DNA from: a virus
Virus record (IMG/VR): IMGVR_UViG_3300028772_000011
Span: 29,275 to 93,274 of that record
DNA: 64,000 nucleotides
Direction: 5' to 3' (one strand)
Positions 46,438 to 56,435 of the stretch are shown piece after piece. A model generated the notes under the pieces. It ran no database searches. It was not told the DNA's origin and saw only the letters and a list, made by a program, of their open reading frames with translations. The position numbers and the translations under genes were made by a program. Positions within the stretch are counted from its first letter, which is position 1. Each line of letters begins with the position of its first letter.

Positions 46438-48036
46438 ATGAGTGAATTTATTCCAAGTGTATATCAACAAGAGGTTTTTGATTTCATAAAATACGGTCAC
46501 GGAAACGCTGTTGTAGAGGCAGTTGCTGGGTCAGGTAAATCAAAAACTATCATCGAATGTTTAAAATACATTAAAGGAGATAAGAGGGTTTTATTTTTAG
46601 CGTTCAATAATGCTATTGTTGAAAGTTTAAAAGGTAAGATTAATAGAGAAAAAACAGATGTAAAAACATTACATTCTTTAGGTTATTCAATTCTAAAATA
46701 TAATTTTAAAGACATTGATATAAAGATTGACGAACTTAAATATAAAAAGAAACTTAATGTTTGGTTTAATCATAATGAGATTGATGGCGCAAGTGATGAC
46801 CTATTTGAAGGTATAAGCGATGGTGTAAATGTAAAAAATGTAAAGAAATATAAATCCAACATATTAAAACTAACTGACCTTGGTAGATACTATCTAACAA
46901 AAAATAAAAAACAATTGGAAGTAATATCAATTAAACACAATATTGTATTAGTTGATAATGAAATTGACATTGCACTTGCATTACTTGCGTGGGCTAAGAA
47001 TAGTTTAGAAGAAACTAATTCAATTGATTTCGGTGATATGCTCTATCTTCCAAATATCCTACCAATCAGAACATTTAAATATGATTTTATTATCATTGAT
47101 GAAGCACAAGATTTATCATATTCACAATTACAATTATTTTTGAAATGCTTCAAACAAGGTGGCCGTTTCATAGCCGTAGGAGACAAAAATCAGTCCATCT
47201 ATGGTTTCTCTGGATCTGATACTGAGTCATTTAATAAAATTAAATCACTTCCAAGTACAATATTACTTCCGTTATCAATTTGCTACAGGTGTCCAACAAA
47301 GGTAATTGAGTTAGCAAAGAAATTTGTTCCAGAAATTGAAGCTCGTGAAAATGCGATAGAGGGTTATATCAATTATAAGGCCTCTATTGACGATATCATC
47401 GATGGGGACATGATTATATGTCGAAACACCTTACCACTCGTTAAATTGTACTTAAAATTGATTTCAGAAGATAAAAAAGCATTTATTAAAGGAAAAGATA
47501 TTGGGGTTAATTTAATTGATTTAATTAAAGATATTAATGTAGATGATTTAAACACAGATTTAAATGAAATTGGTGTTTTTAGTGAACTATATTCATCATT
47601 ACTTGGCTTTATTGAACAAACTAAAAGTCTACTTGAAATAAGCGAAAGTGAAGTATTCGAAACACAGGAATTCAATAATTTACTTGATAGTATCGAATGC
47701 TTGGAAATTGTTGCTAACGGATTAGAAACAAAACTTGAATTAATCAATAAGCTTACGTTAATTTTTAAAGACAACAACGGGGAAGGAATTTGTTTATCAA
47801 CAATACATAAAGCTAAAGGACTGGAAGCGGACAACGTGTATATATTGAATAAGAATTTAATGCCAAGTAAGTTTGTAAAACAAGATTGGGAAAAAGAACA
47901 AGAGAGAAATTTAGAATATGTTGCATACACTCGTCCAAAGAAAATGCTTGGATTCATATATTCAAAGGATGAAATAAACTTTAAAACAACACCAGAAAAA
48001 ATAGCTGAAATAAAATATTTAATAGAAAAACTTTAA
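46438..48036 (+). CDS. UvrD/Rep-like SF1 helicase
   Basis: AVAGSGKS, LAFN, TLHS, IDEAQD, VGDKNQSIYGF, YRCP, STIHKAKGLE, YVAYTR. Confidence 0.92.
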   Translation: MSEFIPSVYQQEVFDFIKYGHGNAVVEAVAGSGKSKTIIECLKYIKGDKRVLFLAFNNAIVESLKGKINREKTDVKTLHSLGYSILKYNFKDIDIKIDELKYKKKLNVWFNHNEIDGASDDLFEGISDGVNVKNVKKYKSNILKLTDLGRYYLTKNKKQLEVISIKHNIVLVDNEIDIALALLAWAKNSLEETNSIDFGDMLYLPNILPIRTFKYDFIIIDEAQDLSYSQLQLFLKCFKQGGRFIAVGDKNQSIYGFSGSDTESFNKIKSLPSTILLPLSICYRCPTKVIELAKKFVPEIEARENAIEGYINYKASIDDIIDGDMIICRNTLPLVKLYLKLISEDKKAFIKGKDIGVNLIDLIKDINVDDLNTDLNEIGVFSELYSSLLGFIEQTKSLLEISESEVFETQEFNNLLDSIECLEIVANGLETKLELINKLTLIFKDNNGEGICLSTIHKAKGLEADNVYILNKNLMPSKFVKQDWEKEQERNLEYVAYTRPKKMLGFIYSKDEINFKTTPEKIAEIKYLIEKL

Positions 48037-48085
48037 TTAAATAACATTTTTCATGTTACAATAACAGCTTTTTCAATTTTTCATG

Positions 48086-48093
48086 TATTTATA
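48086..48093 (+). promoter_or_regulatory. late promoter TATTTATA
   Basis: 14 nt before endonuclease ATG. Confidence 0.55.
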
Positions 48094-48107
48094 TATAAAA
48101 TAAATAC

Positions 48108-49034
48108 ATGAAAAAGTTAACTAATGAAGAATTTATTAATAAATGCCAAGCAATTTACGATAATTATGATTATTCTAAAACGTTATATGATGGGTGCGGG
48201 AAAAAAGTAATAATTATTTGTGAAGAGCACGGAGAATTCGAACAAACACCAACTCACCTATTGAGTGGTCACGGTTGTCAAAAATGTGGTATAGCGAGAA
48301 GAGGATTAATTAGGAGTTCTAATACTACTGAATTTATTGACAAAGCTATTAAAGTTCATGATAATAAATACACATATGAAAAATCAATTTATAAAACCTC
48401 AAATTCAAAAATTATTATAACATGTCAAGATCACGGATATTTCACTCAAACCCCATCTAGCCATTTGAAAGGAAGATGTTGCCCTAAATGTTCAAAGCAA
48501 TCATATAAAGATACTAAAGAGAGTTTTATTGAAAAAGCAAAATTAGTTCACGGAGATAGATACGATTATAGTAATGTGGTGTATATAAACTGTTTTACTA
48601 AAATAGATATTATTTGTAAAAAACACGGGGTTTTTAATCAAACCCCAATTGATCATTTACAAAGATGTGGTTGCAAGCAATGTAAAGAAAGTAAATTAGA
48701 AACAGAAGTCCGAAATATATTAAAAACTAACGAAATAAGTTTTAAATACGATGTAAGAAATGTAGATTGGCTAAAGCCATTGACTCTTGATTTTTATATT
48801 GAAAATAAAAAAATAGGCATTGAATGTCAAGGAGAACAACATTTTAGATCAATAAAATATTTTGGTGGTGATGTTGATTTTGAGAAAAGAGTTATAAATG
48901 ATAATTTAAAAAGTAAATTATGTTTTGAAAATGGAATAAAATTATTATATTATAGTAATCACGAATATAACGATACAATAATAACAGATATTAACTACTT
49001 GATAGATGAAATTAATAATTCACCAACATTATAA
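48108..49034 (+). CDS. free-standing endonuclease: 3 zinc-binding repeats plus PD-(D/E)xK/Vsr-like domain
   Basis: three CxxHGxFxQTP..CxxC repeats; LDFY..IECQGEQH. Confidence 0.85.
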   Translation: MKKLTNEEFINKCQAIYDNYDYSKTLYDGCGKKVIIICEEHGEFEQTPTHLLSGHGCQKCGIARRGLIRSSNTTEFIDKAIKVHDNKYTYEKSIYKTSNSKIIITCQDHGYFTQTPSSHLKGRCCPKCSKQSYKDTKESFIEKAKLVHGDRYDYSNVVYINCFTKIDIICKKHGVFNQTPIDHLQRCGCKQCKESKLETEVRNILKTNEISFKYDVRNVDWLKPLTLDFYIENKKIGIECQGEQHFRSIKYFGGDVDFEKRVINDNLKSKLCFENGIKLLYYSNHEYNDTIITDINYLIDEINNSPTL

Positions 49035-49067
49035 CAAATTAATTATTTTATATAAGATATGTTAACC

Positions 49068-49101
49068 AACTTGTTTTTATAAAACAATTATGGTACATTT
49101 G
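49068..49101 (+). promoter_or_regulatory. Bacteroidota sigma-A-type promoter
   Basis: AACTTG-N20-TACATTTG. Confidence 0.8.
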
Positions 49102-49139
49102 TACAGAATTAAAAAAATAAACTAATAATAAATTATAAT

Positions 49140-49268
49140 ATGGATTCAGATGCTTTAGATGGTTGTTCTACAGTCTCAGACTGGGAAATTAAAAATGGAA
49201 GAGGGTTCTGGGGAAATGCAACCACTGGTTACATTAATGATTCAGATATGGATGAAAAAACTAATTAA
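49140..49268 (+). CDS. 42-aa acidic peptide (not in ORF track)
   Basis: MDSDALDGCSTVSDWEIKNGRGFWGNATTGYINDSDMDEKTN; first ATG after promoter. Confidence 0.6.
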   Translation: MDSDALDGCSTVSDWEIKNGRGFWGNATTGYINDSDMDEKTN

Positions 49269-49281
49269 ATTAAAAATAAAT

Positions 49282-49617
49282 ATGACAAAAGATACGGTTA
49301 TTTTGGACGTTGTTGAATACAACAAGTTGAGGGATTTTAAAAACGAAATCGAAAAGGGTAATATTTTAAAGAAATATTCAAATTATAGTGGGTATACTTT
49401 TATTTGCGGGTTAGATGTAGATGAAGCTATTATATTATTAGCTAATGAAAATGATGAATTAAAAGAAAGAATCATTAATAAAGATAAGATTATACAAGAA
49501 TTAAAATATAAATGTTCAGATATAGAAAAGCCGACTGAATCAAAAGAAAAAACAATTGAAGAGATTCGAAACATGTCTTATTTTGAATTTCGCCGCTGGT
49601 CAAAAAAGAAAAAATAA
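49282..49617 (+). CDS. hypothetical coiled-coil protein
   Basis: start moved to ATG 49282. Confidence 0.65.
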   Translation: MTKDTVILDVVEYNKLRDFKNEIEKGNILKKYSNYSGYTFICGLDVDEAIILLANENDELKERIINKDKIIQELKYKCSDIEKPTESKEKTIEEIRNMSYFEFRRWSKKKK

Positions 49618-49618
49618 T

Positions 49619-49831
49619 ATGGAATATCTAAAAGTTAAAGATCTAATTGGTATATTACAAGATTTCAACGATGAACTACCAGTTATTATAACTCACAATG
49701 GTAAAGATCATCAATATGGTGTTACAGACGATGGTATTTTTTTAACTAAATCGGCTTATTTTGGTAATGACCCAGAGGCAGATGAAGCTTATGGTGATTG
49801 TAAACTTTATTTAAACATAGGTAATATTTAA
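49619..49831 (+). CDS. hypothetical protein
   Basis: start moved to ATG 49619; LKVKDLIGILQDF..ELPV. Confidence 0.6.
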   Translation: MEYLKVKDLIGILQDFNDELPVIITHNGKDHQYGVTDDGIFLTKSAYFGNDPEADEAYGDCKLYLNIGNI

Positions 49832-49842
49832 ATTGAAATAAA

Positions 49843-50124
49843 ATGAAAGATTTAATAGAAATATCATTAGTTGAGGATTATTTTAATAAAGTTAATAAAG
49901 AAATTGATTGGGAAGAAATGAATTATTCAGATCTAATACCAATGGCTCAAGCTAATTTATTGCAGAACATATTGACAACTGAAGTATCCATTTATCTATT
50001 AAGACGTAATATTGGTTTTTGTGGTAGTCTTGTTGATGATATGGTTGGCATTCGTAGAAATTTTATTAATCAATACGAGGAAAATTTTGGTGAAAAATAT
50101 ATTGAATATAATGACTTTTATTGA
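49843..50124 (+). CDS. hypothetical protein
   Basis: 93-aa ORF. Confidence 0.6.
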   Translation: MKDLIEISLVEDYFNKVNKEIDWEEMNYSDLIPMAQANLLQNILTTEVSIYLLRRNIGFCGSLVDDMVGIRRNFINQYEENFGEKYIEYNDFY

Positions 50125-50138
50125 ATAAATGGTATAAA

Positions 50139-50375
50139 ATGAAATCAGATATAATTTCAAAAATTCTTAAAGAAACACCACTTGAAATACGTTTGAATGT
50201 GGATAATGAATTCGCATTTATTAATCTAATAACTGAATTAGGGTTCAGAGAAGATAAAATGTGGGAAGATTGTGAAGATCCAATGTTACGTAAGTTAATT
50301 ATGTTAGCTAACGAGTTAACAAAAAGACAAATCAAAACAATCGAACGATGGGAAAAAGATGGTAAACCAATTTAA
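50139..50375 (+). CDS. hypothetical protein
   Basis: start moved to ATG 50139. Confidence 0.6.
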   Translation: MKSDIISKILKETPLEIRLNVDNEFAFINLITELGFREDKMWEDCEDPMLRKLIMLANELTKRQIKTIERWEKDGKPI

Positions 50376-50389
50376 TCAGAATAATATTC

Positions 50390-50761
50390 ATGAGAACAAA
50401 AACTTTTGCACAAATTCCAGTAACAATAGAAATAGCAAGAAAATTATATCAATCAGGTGATGATGAATTAAAAGAAAAAGCGCTTGAATTTTTCGATGAG
50501 GTTGAATTGGTTACACAAGAAACTCTTATCTCAACATTTATTCATGAAGCTCGTGGCGATTTTGCTTTAAATGTGGTTAAAATTGATGAAAACGCAATAG
50601 AAGAGTTAAAAAAAATAACTCCAGTCAAGCTTTGGTCCGAGGCATTATACCCGTTAATTAAATCACACGAAAGGTCATTGAGATTCGCAAATATGTTTAT
50701 TGAATACTATGAAAATATTGATAAAAGAATTATATTAAATAATTTTAAAATAAAATATTAA
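50390..50761 (+). CDS. hypothetical protein
   Basis: 123-aa ORF. Confidence 0.65.
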   Translation: MRTKTFAQIPVTIEIARKLYQSGDDELKEKALEFFDEVELVTQETLISTFIHEARGDFALNVVKIDENAIEELKKITPVKLWSEALYPLIKSHERSLRFANMFIEYYENIDKRIILNNFKIKY

Positions 50762-50959
50762 ATGAAACAACCAAAAACTCTTAAATCGTATTTAAAATTA
50801 TTACTTATTTTAGCGGATACATCACCATACCATTTAAAAGGTATTACAGTACCAGAAGCTAATCTACTTAGTTATATTAGTGCAAATATTCAAACTGAGT
50901 TAGGTGAAGATGAAATAGAATCACTTCTTAAAAAATGTGGATTAATATATAAAGGTTGA
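50762..50959 (+). CDS. hypothetical protein
   Basis: 65-aa ORF. Confidence 0.55.
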   Translation: MKQPKTLKSYLKLLLILADTSPYHLKGITVPEANLLSYISANIQTELGEDEIESLLKKCGLIYKG

Positions 50960-51516
50960 TTAATATGGACTTATTAAAATATTTTATTGAAATAGATCTT
51001 GATTCGATTAATGTGAATGCCAATGCTGGTAATACAATTACACATATCCCAACAACAATAGAAGTAAAATTTGATTTTATTGGTGATTATGAAAATTTTA
51101 ACTTATTAAAAGAATTTGAAAAAGATAAAACGTGCGTAATAACCGAAATAACTTATTTTGAATCGAATGATAAAATAATTAAATGCAATGGAATATTATA
51201 TAATCCAAATAAAATAAGTGAGTTTAAATCGATAGAATATGTAAATATCGAATACAACAAAAACTATGTTATACTAAACCACTTTCCTATTCCAAAATAT
51301 TCATTCAAATACATAGATTCCGAAGTTGGGTGTTCCGAATGTGGATCAAAATTCAATTTCAGTGAATTAGAAGCTGAAGAATATGATTTTGATGGTGAGG
51401 ATTATTATGATACAACAACTAAATGTCCTAAATGTAACACTTGGGATTGTTGTGAAATTGAATATGAAACAATTAAAAATGCTTTAATCAGATTAAATAC
51501 TAATATAATTAAATGA
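50956..51516 (+). CDS. hypothetical protein with C-terminal zinc ribbon
   Basis: CSEC..CPKC; likely ATG at 50965. Confidence 0.65.
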   Translation: MINMDLLKYFIEIDLDSINVNANAGNTITHIPTTIEVKFDFIGDYENFNLLKEFEKDKTCVITEITYFESNDKIIKCNGILYNPNKISEFKSIEYVNIEYNKNYVILNHFPIPKYSFKYIDSEVGCSECGSKFNFSELEAEEYDFDGEDYYDTTTKCPKCNTWDCCEIEYETIKNALIRLNTNIIK

Positions 51517-51740
51517 AAAACACTCTCGTTGGAACAAAAATAGTCAAACAAGTTACCTACCAAATTGAGATAATGAGTTTAAGTAAAGAAGTACCGAATG
51601 AAACCATTCCTGATTTTATTGATTGGTTACAATCACAAGCAATTGAAAATGGTATTGGTAAGCATCATGATTATTATTATGGTGATAGTGAATATTGGTA
51701 CGACAACATTGCAGCAACTTTTAACGTTAAGACTATTTAG
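51513..51740 (+). CDS. hypothetical protein
   Basis: 75-aa ORF, ATGA overlap. Confidence 0.6.
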   Translation: MKNTLVGTKIVKQVTYQIEIMSLSKEVPNETIPDFIDWLQSQAIENGIGKHHDYYYGDSEYWYDNIAATFNVKTI

Positions 51741-51822
51741 CAAAACGCTTTAATATTAGGTAAAAGCGATAAATTATTGTGCCAAATAAAAAACTTACAT
51801 AATTCACTCATAAAACTTGTTA

Positions 51823-51859
51823 ATTGAACACTATTGTTCAATATTTTCACCTATCTTTG
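51823..51859 (+). promoter_or_regulatory. promoter (-7 TATCTTTG) overlapped by operator-like palindrome
   Basis: ATTGAACA-CTAT-TGTTCAAT at 51823-51842; TATCTTTG at 51852. Confidence 0.5.
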
Positions 51860-51906
51860 TACTCAGGAAATAAAACTTAAATTAATAATTTTAAAAATTA
51901 AAACTT

Positions 51907-52791
51907 ATGCTCAAACGATTTAATTCAAATGCTTCAAAGTCTTACTACACACCAAATGTGGGTGTTTTAAATAGTTTTTTATTAGAAATTTCAAAGTTTA
52001 AAATAATAGATGAAAAGGAAATAAGAGTATTAATTAAATTATCAAAAAAAGGGGATAAGATTGCTACTGATAAAATTGTTAAGTCATATCAACGATTCAT
52101 TGTTACAGTAGCTAAGAGATATAGTGCTGGAAATTATGAATTATTATGTGATTTAATAAATGAAGCGAATATTGGTCTGTTAAAAGCCATCGAAACATTT
52201 GATATGAAATTCGACAATAAATTACTCACCCACGCAATTTCACATATTCAAAAAATGATATTTGAATATTTAACATTCACAGCAGACCAAATTAAGATTT
52301 CAAATAAAAATAAAACGATAAATGTGAAGCATATATCCAACAGATTTTTACTTGAAAATGGAAGACTACCAGCAACAGCCGAAATTATAGATATATTAGA
52401 GGAAACAAAAGGTATAAGCATATTAAATGAATCTGATATTTATAATATTGATATGTTTTCAATGAGTAATATAGTTGAATTTGATGGATCAAGTGATTTA
52501 GGAAGCGAAATAGAATTTAATAATACAGATAAGATGTCATCTGTTAATGAATATGAAGCAAAATGTGATGGTGAGCACTTTAAAACGATAATTGATAGTG
52601 TTATTGGAACTTTAACACCAAAAGAACAAAAAGTAATGAAATTATTATATGGTATAGATGAATATAAACAATTTGAAATACAGGAAGTCGCCGAAGTTAT
52701 TGGAGTAACAAGCGAAGCAGTTAGATTAATTAATAAGAGAGCGTTAAGTAAATTAAAACAAGAAATTAATATCATTAAAGAAAGAGTATAA
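51907..52791 (+). CDS. RpoD/sigma-70 family RNA polymerase sigma factor (divergent)
   Basis: RFIVTVAKRY, DLINEANIGLLKAIETFD, region 4 LTPKEQKVMKLLYGI..EVAEVIGVTSEAVR. Confidence 0.85.
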   Translation: MLKRFNSNASKSYYTPNVGVLNSFLLEISKFKIIDEKEIRVLIKLSKKGDKIATDKIVKSYQRFIVTVAKRYSAGNYELLCDLINEANIGLLKAIETFDMKFDNKLLTHAISHIQKMIFEYLTFTADQIKISNKNKTINVKHISNRFLLENGRLPATAEIIDILEETKGISILNESDIYNIDMFSMSNIVEFDGSSDLGSEIEFNNTDKMSSVNEYEAKCDGEHFKTIIDSVIGTLTPKEQKVMKLLYGIDEYKQFEIQEVAEVIGVTSEAVRLINKRALSKLKQEINIIKERV

Positions 52792-52797
52792 AATATT

Positions 52798-53874
52798 ATG
52801 GTAGTTGATAAAAAATATTACGACATTCTGGGGGTTAAAGAGAATGCAACACAAGAAGAAATAAAGAAAAATTATCGAAAAAAAGCTAAGTCACACCATC
52901 CAGATAAGCAAAGTGGTAAAAGTGAAGAAGAAATAAAAAAAGCCAATGAAGAGTTTCAAACAATTGGACAGGCATATGAAGTTCTATCTGATCCAAATAA
53001 AAGAGAACTTTATAATCAATATGGTGAAGACCTTGGTAAAAATAGACAACAAAGCGGTGGGTTTAATGATGTTGACCTTGGTGATTTAATAAATAAAATG
53101 CGAGGTGGTTTCGGTGGCGGATTCCAACAAGATCCAAGAGAACAAGGGAATTTAAGAATTACAGTTCCAGTTACCTTGTTAGAATGCTTCGACGGGACAA
53201 AGAAGAAATTTAAATATAAAAGACAAATAATATGTGATTCTTGCAATGGTACAAAGCACGAAACAGGTGGTTCCGTTAATATTTGTCAAGCTTGTGGTGG
53301 TTCTGGTATGAGTTCTTTCCAACAAGGTCGTATGATTTTCCAACAAACTTGTCAAGCCTGTAGTGGGCAGGGATTCACAATAATTAAACCTTGTAAAAAA
53401 TGTAATGCGTCTGGTGTTATATCAAAGGATGAAGTTATTGAAATAGATTTACCTGTTGGTGTTCAGAATGGTATGAATATCCAAATAAATAATAGTGGTA
53501 ATGAATTTTTATTAAATGGTAAAAAAAACGTTGGTGATTTAATTGTTCAAATAAGAGAATTACAAGATGAAAAATACCAGCGTCAAAATAATGATCTTCA
53601 CGTAGCGCTTAACGTAAAAATTTTAGATGCTATTGTTGGCTCAGAGACAATAATTGAATGTATCGATGGGAAAGAACAAAAATTTAAATTGAGTATAGGA
53701 ACTAAACAAGATCAAGTTTATAGATTAAGTGGCCTTGGTATGAAACTATATGGTAATCCATTTAGTAGGGGCTCTTTATTTGTACACGTAAATTTAATTT
53801 TACCAAAAGAATTAAATGAAAAAGAGCTTGAATTAATTACTAATTTAAAAAATGAGGAACATTTTAAAAATTAA
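52798..53874 (+). CDS. dnaJ: DnaJ chaperone
   Basis: J-domain YYDILGV..HPDK..AYEVLSD; G/F region; four CxxC zinc-finger repeats. Confidence 0.95.
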   Translation: MVVDKKYYDILGVKENATQEEIKKNYRKKAKSHHPDKQSGKSEEEIKKANEEFQTIGQAYEVLSDPNKRELYNQYGEDLGKNRQQSGGFNDVDLGDLINKMRGGFGGGFQQDPREQGNLRITVPVTLLECFDGTKKKFKYKRQIICDSCNGTKHETGGSVNICQACGGSGMSSFQQGRMIFQQTCQACSGQGFTIIKPCKKCNASGVISKDEVIEIDLPVGVQNGMNIQINNSGNEFLLNGKKNVGDLIVQIRELQDEKYQRQNNDLHVALNVKILDAIVGSETIIECIDGKEQKFKLSIGTKQDQVYRLSGLGMKLYGNPFSRGSLFVHVNLILPKELNEKELELITNLKNEEHFKN

Positions 53875-53907
53875 ACTTGTTTTTCTCGCATTTTATTAGT
53901 ACATTTG
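53874..53907 (+). promoter_or_regulatory. Bacteroidota sigma-A-type promoter
   Basis: AACTTG-N20-TACATTTG. Confidence 0.8.
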
Positions 53908-53936
53908 TTTAAATAAAAAAAATAATAAAATAAATT

Positions 53937-54779
53937 ATGGTAATATTAACAGGTATTTTAAATTTTTTCAAGGCAGCATTTAGTGCTAAATACATCGCAG
54001 TTACATTTGCGGTTATAATCGTTGGGTTATTTATTTGGAACATACAAACATCGAAATCGTTAACGAAGAAAATTTCTATTTTAGAACAAAACAGTTTACT
54101 TGATAAAAACAATCGAGAAGCTTTAATGGATACAATATCTAACAGAGTTGATAAAAAGGTTAATAAATCAATCGGTGAAAAGATGGGATATGTTGTAACT
54201 TCAGTTGGTGATTTACAAAATTACAATAAAAATTTATATTCTGAGTTCAAGTCAATGGGTAATACGGTTTCAGGAATTCAATCTCAATTATCTATAAATT
54301 TACCAACGATTATATCAGCCGTTAGTAAACCAATTACTGATCCAAAAGATAGCACGAAGATGTTGATTCCTTGGAATTTTAGCCATAGTGATCCTGGGTT
54401 GAGTCAAGTACTTGTTGGTAAAACACAATTTAGATTATTAAACAACCGTATTTTATCACCAATAATTTCAACATTAGATACAAATAAGATTAGTATTAGT
54501 TTAAATTATGGTTTTATTGAAAAAGATGGTAAATATATTGTACAAGCAAATTCACCATCTAAACTAATTTCGTTTACAGAATTAAACGGAGCACTCGTTC
54601 TTGATAAGTTTCCACAAACTACAGTTACAAATCAAAATCCTTGGTCATTTGGTCCATATATGGGTGTAGGTTTAAATACAGATTTAACAGGCCAAAATTC
54701 AAGATTCGGTTGGTCAATAGGCATCGGGGCATCCTACAATTTTTTTAGTAAAATCAAAGGTGGTAAATTATTCAAGTAA
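53937..54779 (+). CDS. membrane-anchored protein with C-terminal amphipathic beta-hairpin (spanin-like candidate)
   Basis: N-terminal TM, coiled coil, WSFGPYMGVG...WSIGIGASYNFF. Confidence 0.5.
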   Translation: MVILTGILNFFKAAFSAKYIAVTFAVIIVGLFIWNIQTSKSLTKKISILEQNSLLDKNNREALMDTISNRVDKKVNKSIGEKMGYVVTSVGDLQNYNKNLYSEFKSMGNTVSGIQSQLSINLPTIISAVSKPITDPKDSTKMLIPWNFSHSDPGLSQVLVGKTQFRLLNNRILSPIISTLDTNKISISLNYGFIEKDGKYIVQANSPSKLISFTELNGALVLDKFPQTTVTNQNPWSFGPYMGVGLNTDLTGQNSRFGWSIGIGASYNFFSKIKGGKLFK

Positions 54780-54799
54780 AAATAAATATATAAATAAAA

Positions 54800-55882
54800 A
54801 TGATAGAAGCAGTAAGTTATAAATTAATTAAGAAATTACCAAATTCCAATACAGAGGTTGGTACGGTTGAGTCATATTTTGGTGGAACTAATTCAACACC
54901 AACTTGGAGAGGGACAATATATTATAATTCAAATTCTGAATATTGGCAAAAAGTTGATTTAGATAAAGAATATGAAATTATTAACTATATCATTACAGAT
55001 GGTGTTTTTAAAGAATCAATGACAGATAATATTAACAACTGTGGTTTACTCGGTCACGAATTCAAAGTAAGTTCAGTAAAACGACTTTCCGATAATGAAA
55101 TATTTACAATTGGGGAAGAAGTTGAAATATATAATTCTTTTGGTGGTACATTTAAAATAAATGGGTTTCACTTATCTAAGGGTGATGATTTAGTTGTAGA
55201 TCATAATGATGGAAATACTTTTTTATATAATATTAAAAAGAAAATTGAATACCCTATAATTAAGAGTTTTATTGACACCAAAATCCCAGCAAATATTTAT
55301 TTTGAGAAAAATGGTCTTTATGGTTTTGGTAATGAATTTTGTTTATCATTAGAAAGTTTTCTTCATGATATGCGTTGTGTTGATAGTGGTGATTTTTATA
55401 TTGATGAAGTAATTATTTCCGAAACTGAAACATTAAAAATTGGGGATAAAGTTGAATATATTGGAAATCCATCGGTTAAAAATTCAGTACCATTTTTTAT
55501 TATTGATAATTTTTATTACAGGTGTGATGGAATGATAGTTTGTAGATCAAAAGGTAACTTAAATGTTGAAGATGTTATGACAGTTAAAATAGTAGTTGAA
55601 GAGAAACGAAAATTAATATTTGTTACCGAAGATGACGTTGATATTTTTGAAGATGATGTTACTTATTGGATATCAAGAAGTAGTGGTGAGTGGAAATATT
55701 TATATGATCTAAAAATCAATGAATTACATAAATCAATATTATTTAAAAATTCAAATTTTAAGATATTCTCATCAAAATATTTAGCAGAGTTATTCATTTT
55801 AAAAGAAAATATGTTGTCATCATTTAAAACGTGGAATGAAGATGTTTCAAAATACGAAAATAAATTAAAAGAAGGTAAATGA
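54800..55882 (+). CDS. hypothetical repeat-domain protein
   Basis: YKLIKKLP.. and SVKRLSDNEIFTIGE modules shared with 59861-60583. Confidence 0.7.
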   Translation: MIEAVSYKLIKKLPNSNTEVGTVESYFGGTNSTPTWRGTIYYNSNSEYWQKVDLDKEYEIINYIITDGVFKESMTDNINNCGLLGHEFKVSSVKRLSDNEIFTIGEEVEIYNSFGGTFKINGFHLSKGDDLVVDHNDGNTFLYNIKKKIEYPIIKSFIDTKIPANIYFEKNGLYGFGNEFCLSLESFLHDMRCVDSGDFYIDEVIISETETLKIGDKVEYIGNPSVKNSVPFFIIDNFYYRCDGMIVCRSKGNLNVEDVMTVKIVVEEKRKLIFVTEDDVDIFEDDVTYWISRSSGEWKYLYDLKINELHKSILFKNSNFKIFSSKYLAELFILKENMLSSFKTWNEDVSKYENKLKEGK

Positions 55883-56430
55883 TTTTAAATATCCTTGGTA
55901 AAAGTTGTGCTGGTAAAGACGTGACAGCCAGAATTTTAGAGAAAGAACACGGGTTTGATTTTGTAGTTAGTACAACAAGCCGTCCAATTAGAGATGGGGA
56001 ATCAGAACGCAACCCTTATAATTTTGTTTCAAATTCAACGTTTGAAGAACTTATTAAAAACGATGGCTTAATTGAATATCGCGAATACAATACGTTGGTT
56101 AACAATATTCCAGCTGTTTGGTACTATGGGGTTGAAAACAAGGAAGTGGATTCAAATAAAGATACTGTAGTAGTCCTAGATACAGTTGGTTTAGATGGAT
56201 TTATTGAAAGATTTGGTGATAAAGTTACTTCTTTCTATCTTGATGTTAATTTAGAGACAAGAAAACAAAGATGTATTGATAGGGGCGATTACGATGAATT
56301 TGAGTTTAATAGAAGAGCCGAAGATGATGAGATTAGATTTTCAAAAGAAGTAATCCAAAACAAGGTTGATTATGTAATTACATCAACCGACAGATACAAA
56401 ATAGTTGAAGAAATATTAAATAAAATTTAA
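55879..56430 (+). CDS. gmk: guanylate kinase-like NMP kinase
   Basis: GKSCAGKD, VSTTSRPIRDGE, YNFVS, IEYREY, WYYG. Confidence 0.85.
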   Translation: MILNILGKSCAGKDVTARILEKEHGFDFVVSTTSRPIRDGESERNPYNFVSNSTFEELIKNDGLIEYREYNTLVNNIPAVWYYGVENKEVDSNKDTVVVLDTVGLDGFIERFGDKVTSFYLDVNLETRKQRCIDRGDYDEFEFNRRAEDDEIRFSKEVIQNKVDYVITSTDRYKIVEEILNKI

Positions 56431-56435
56431 AATAA

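Noticed and set aside
51749-51771. CGCTTT/AAAGCG inverted repeat after 51513-51740
   Set aside because: Weak stem, large loop, no U-tract
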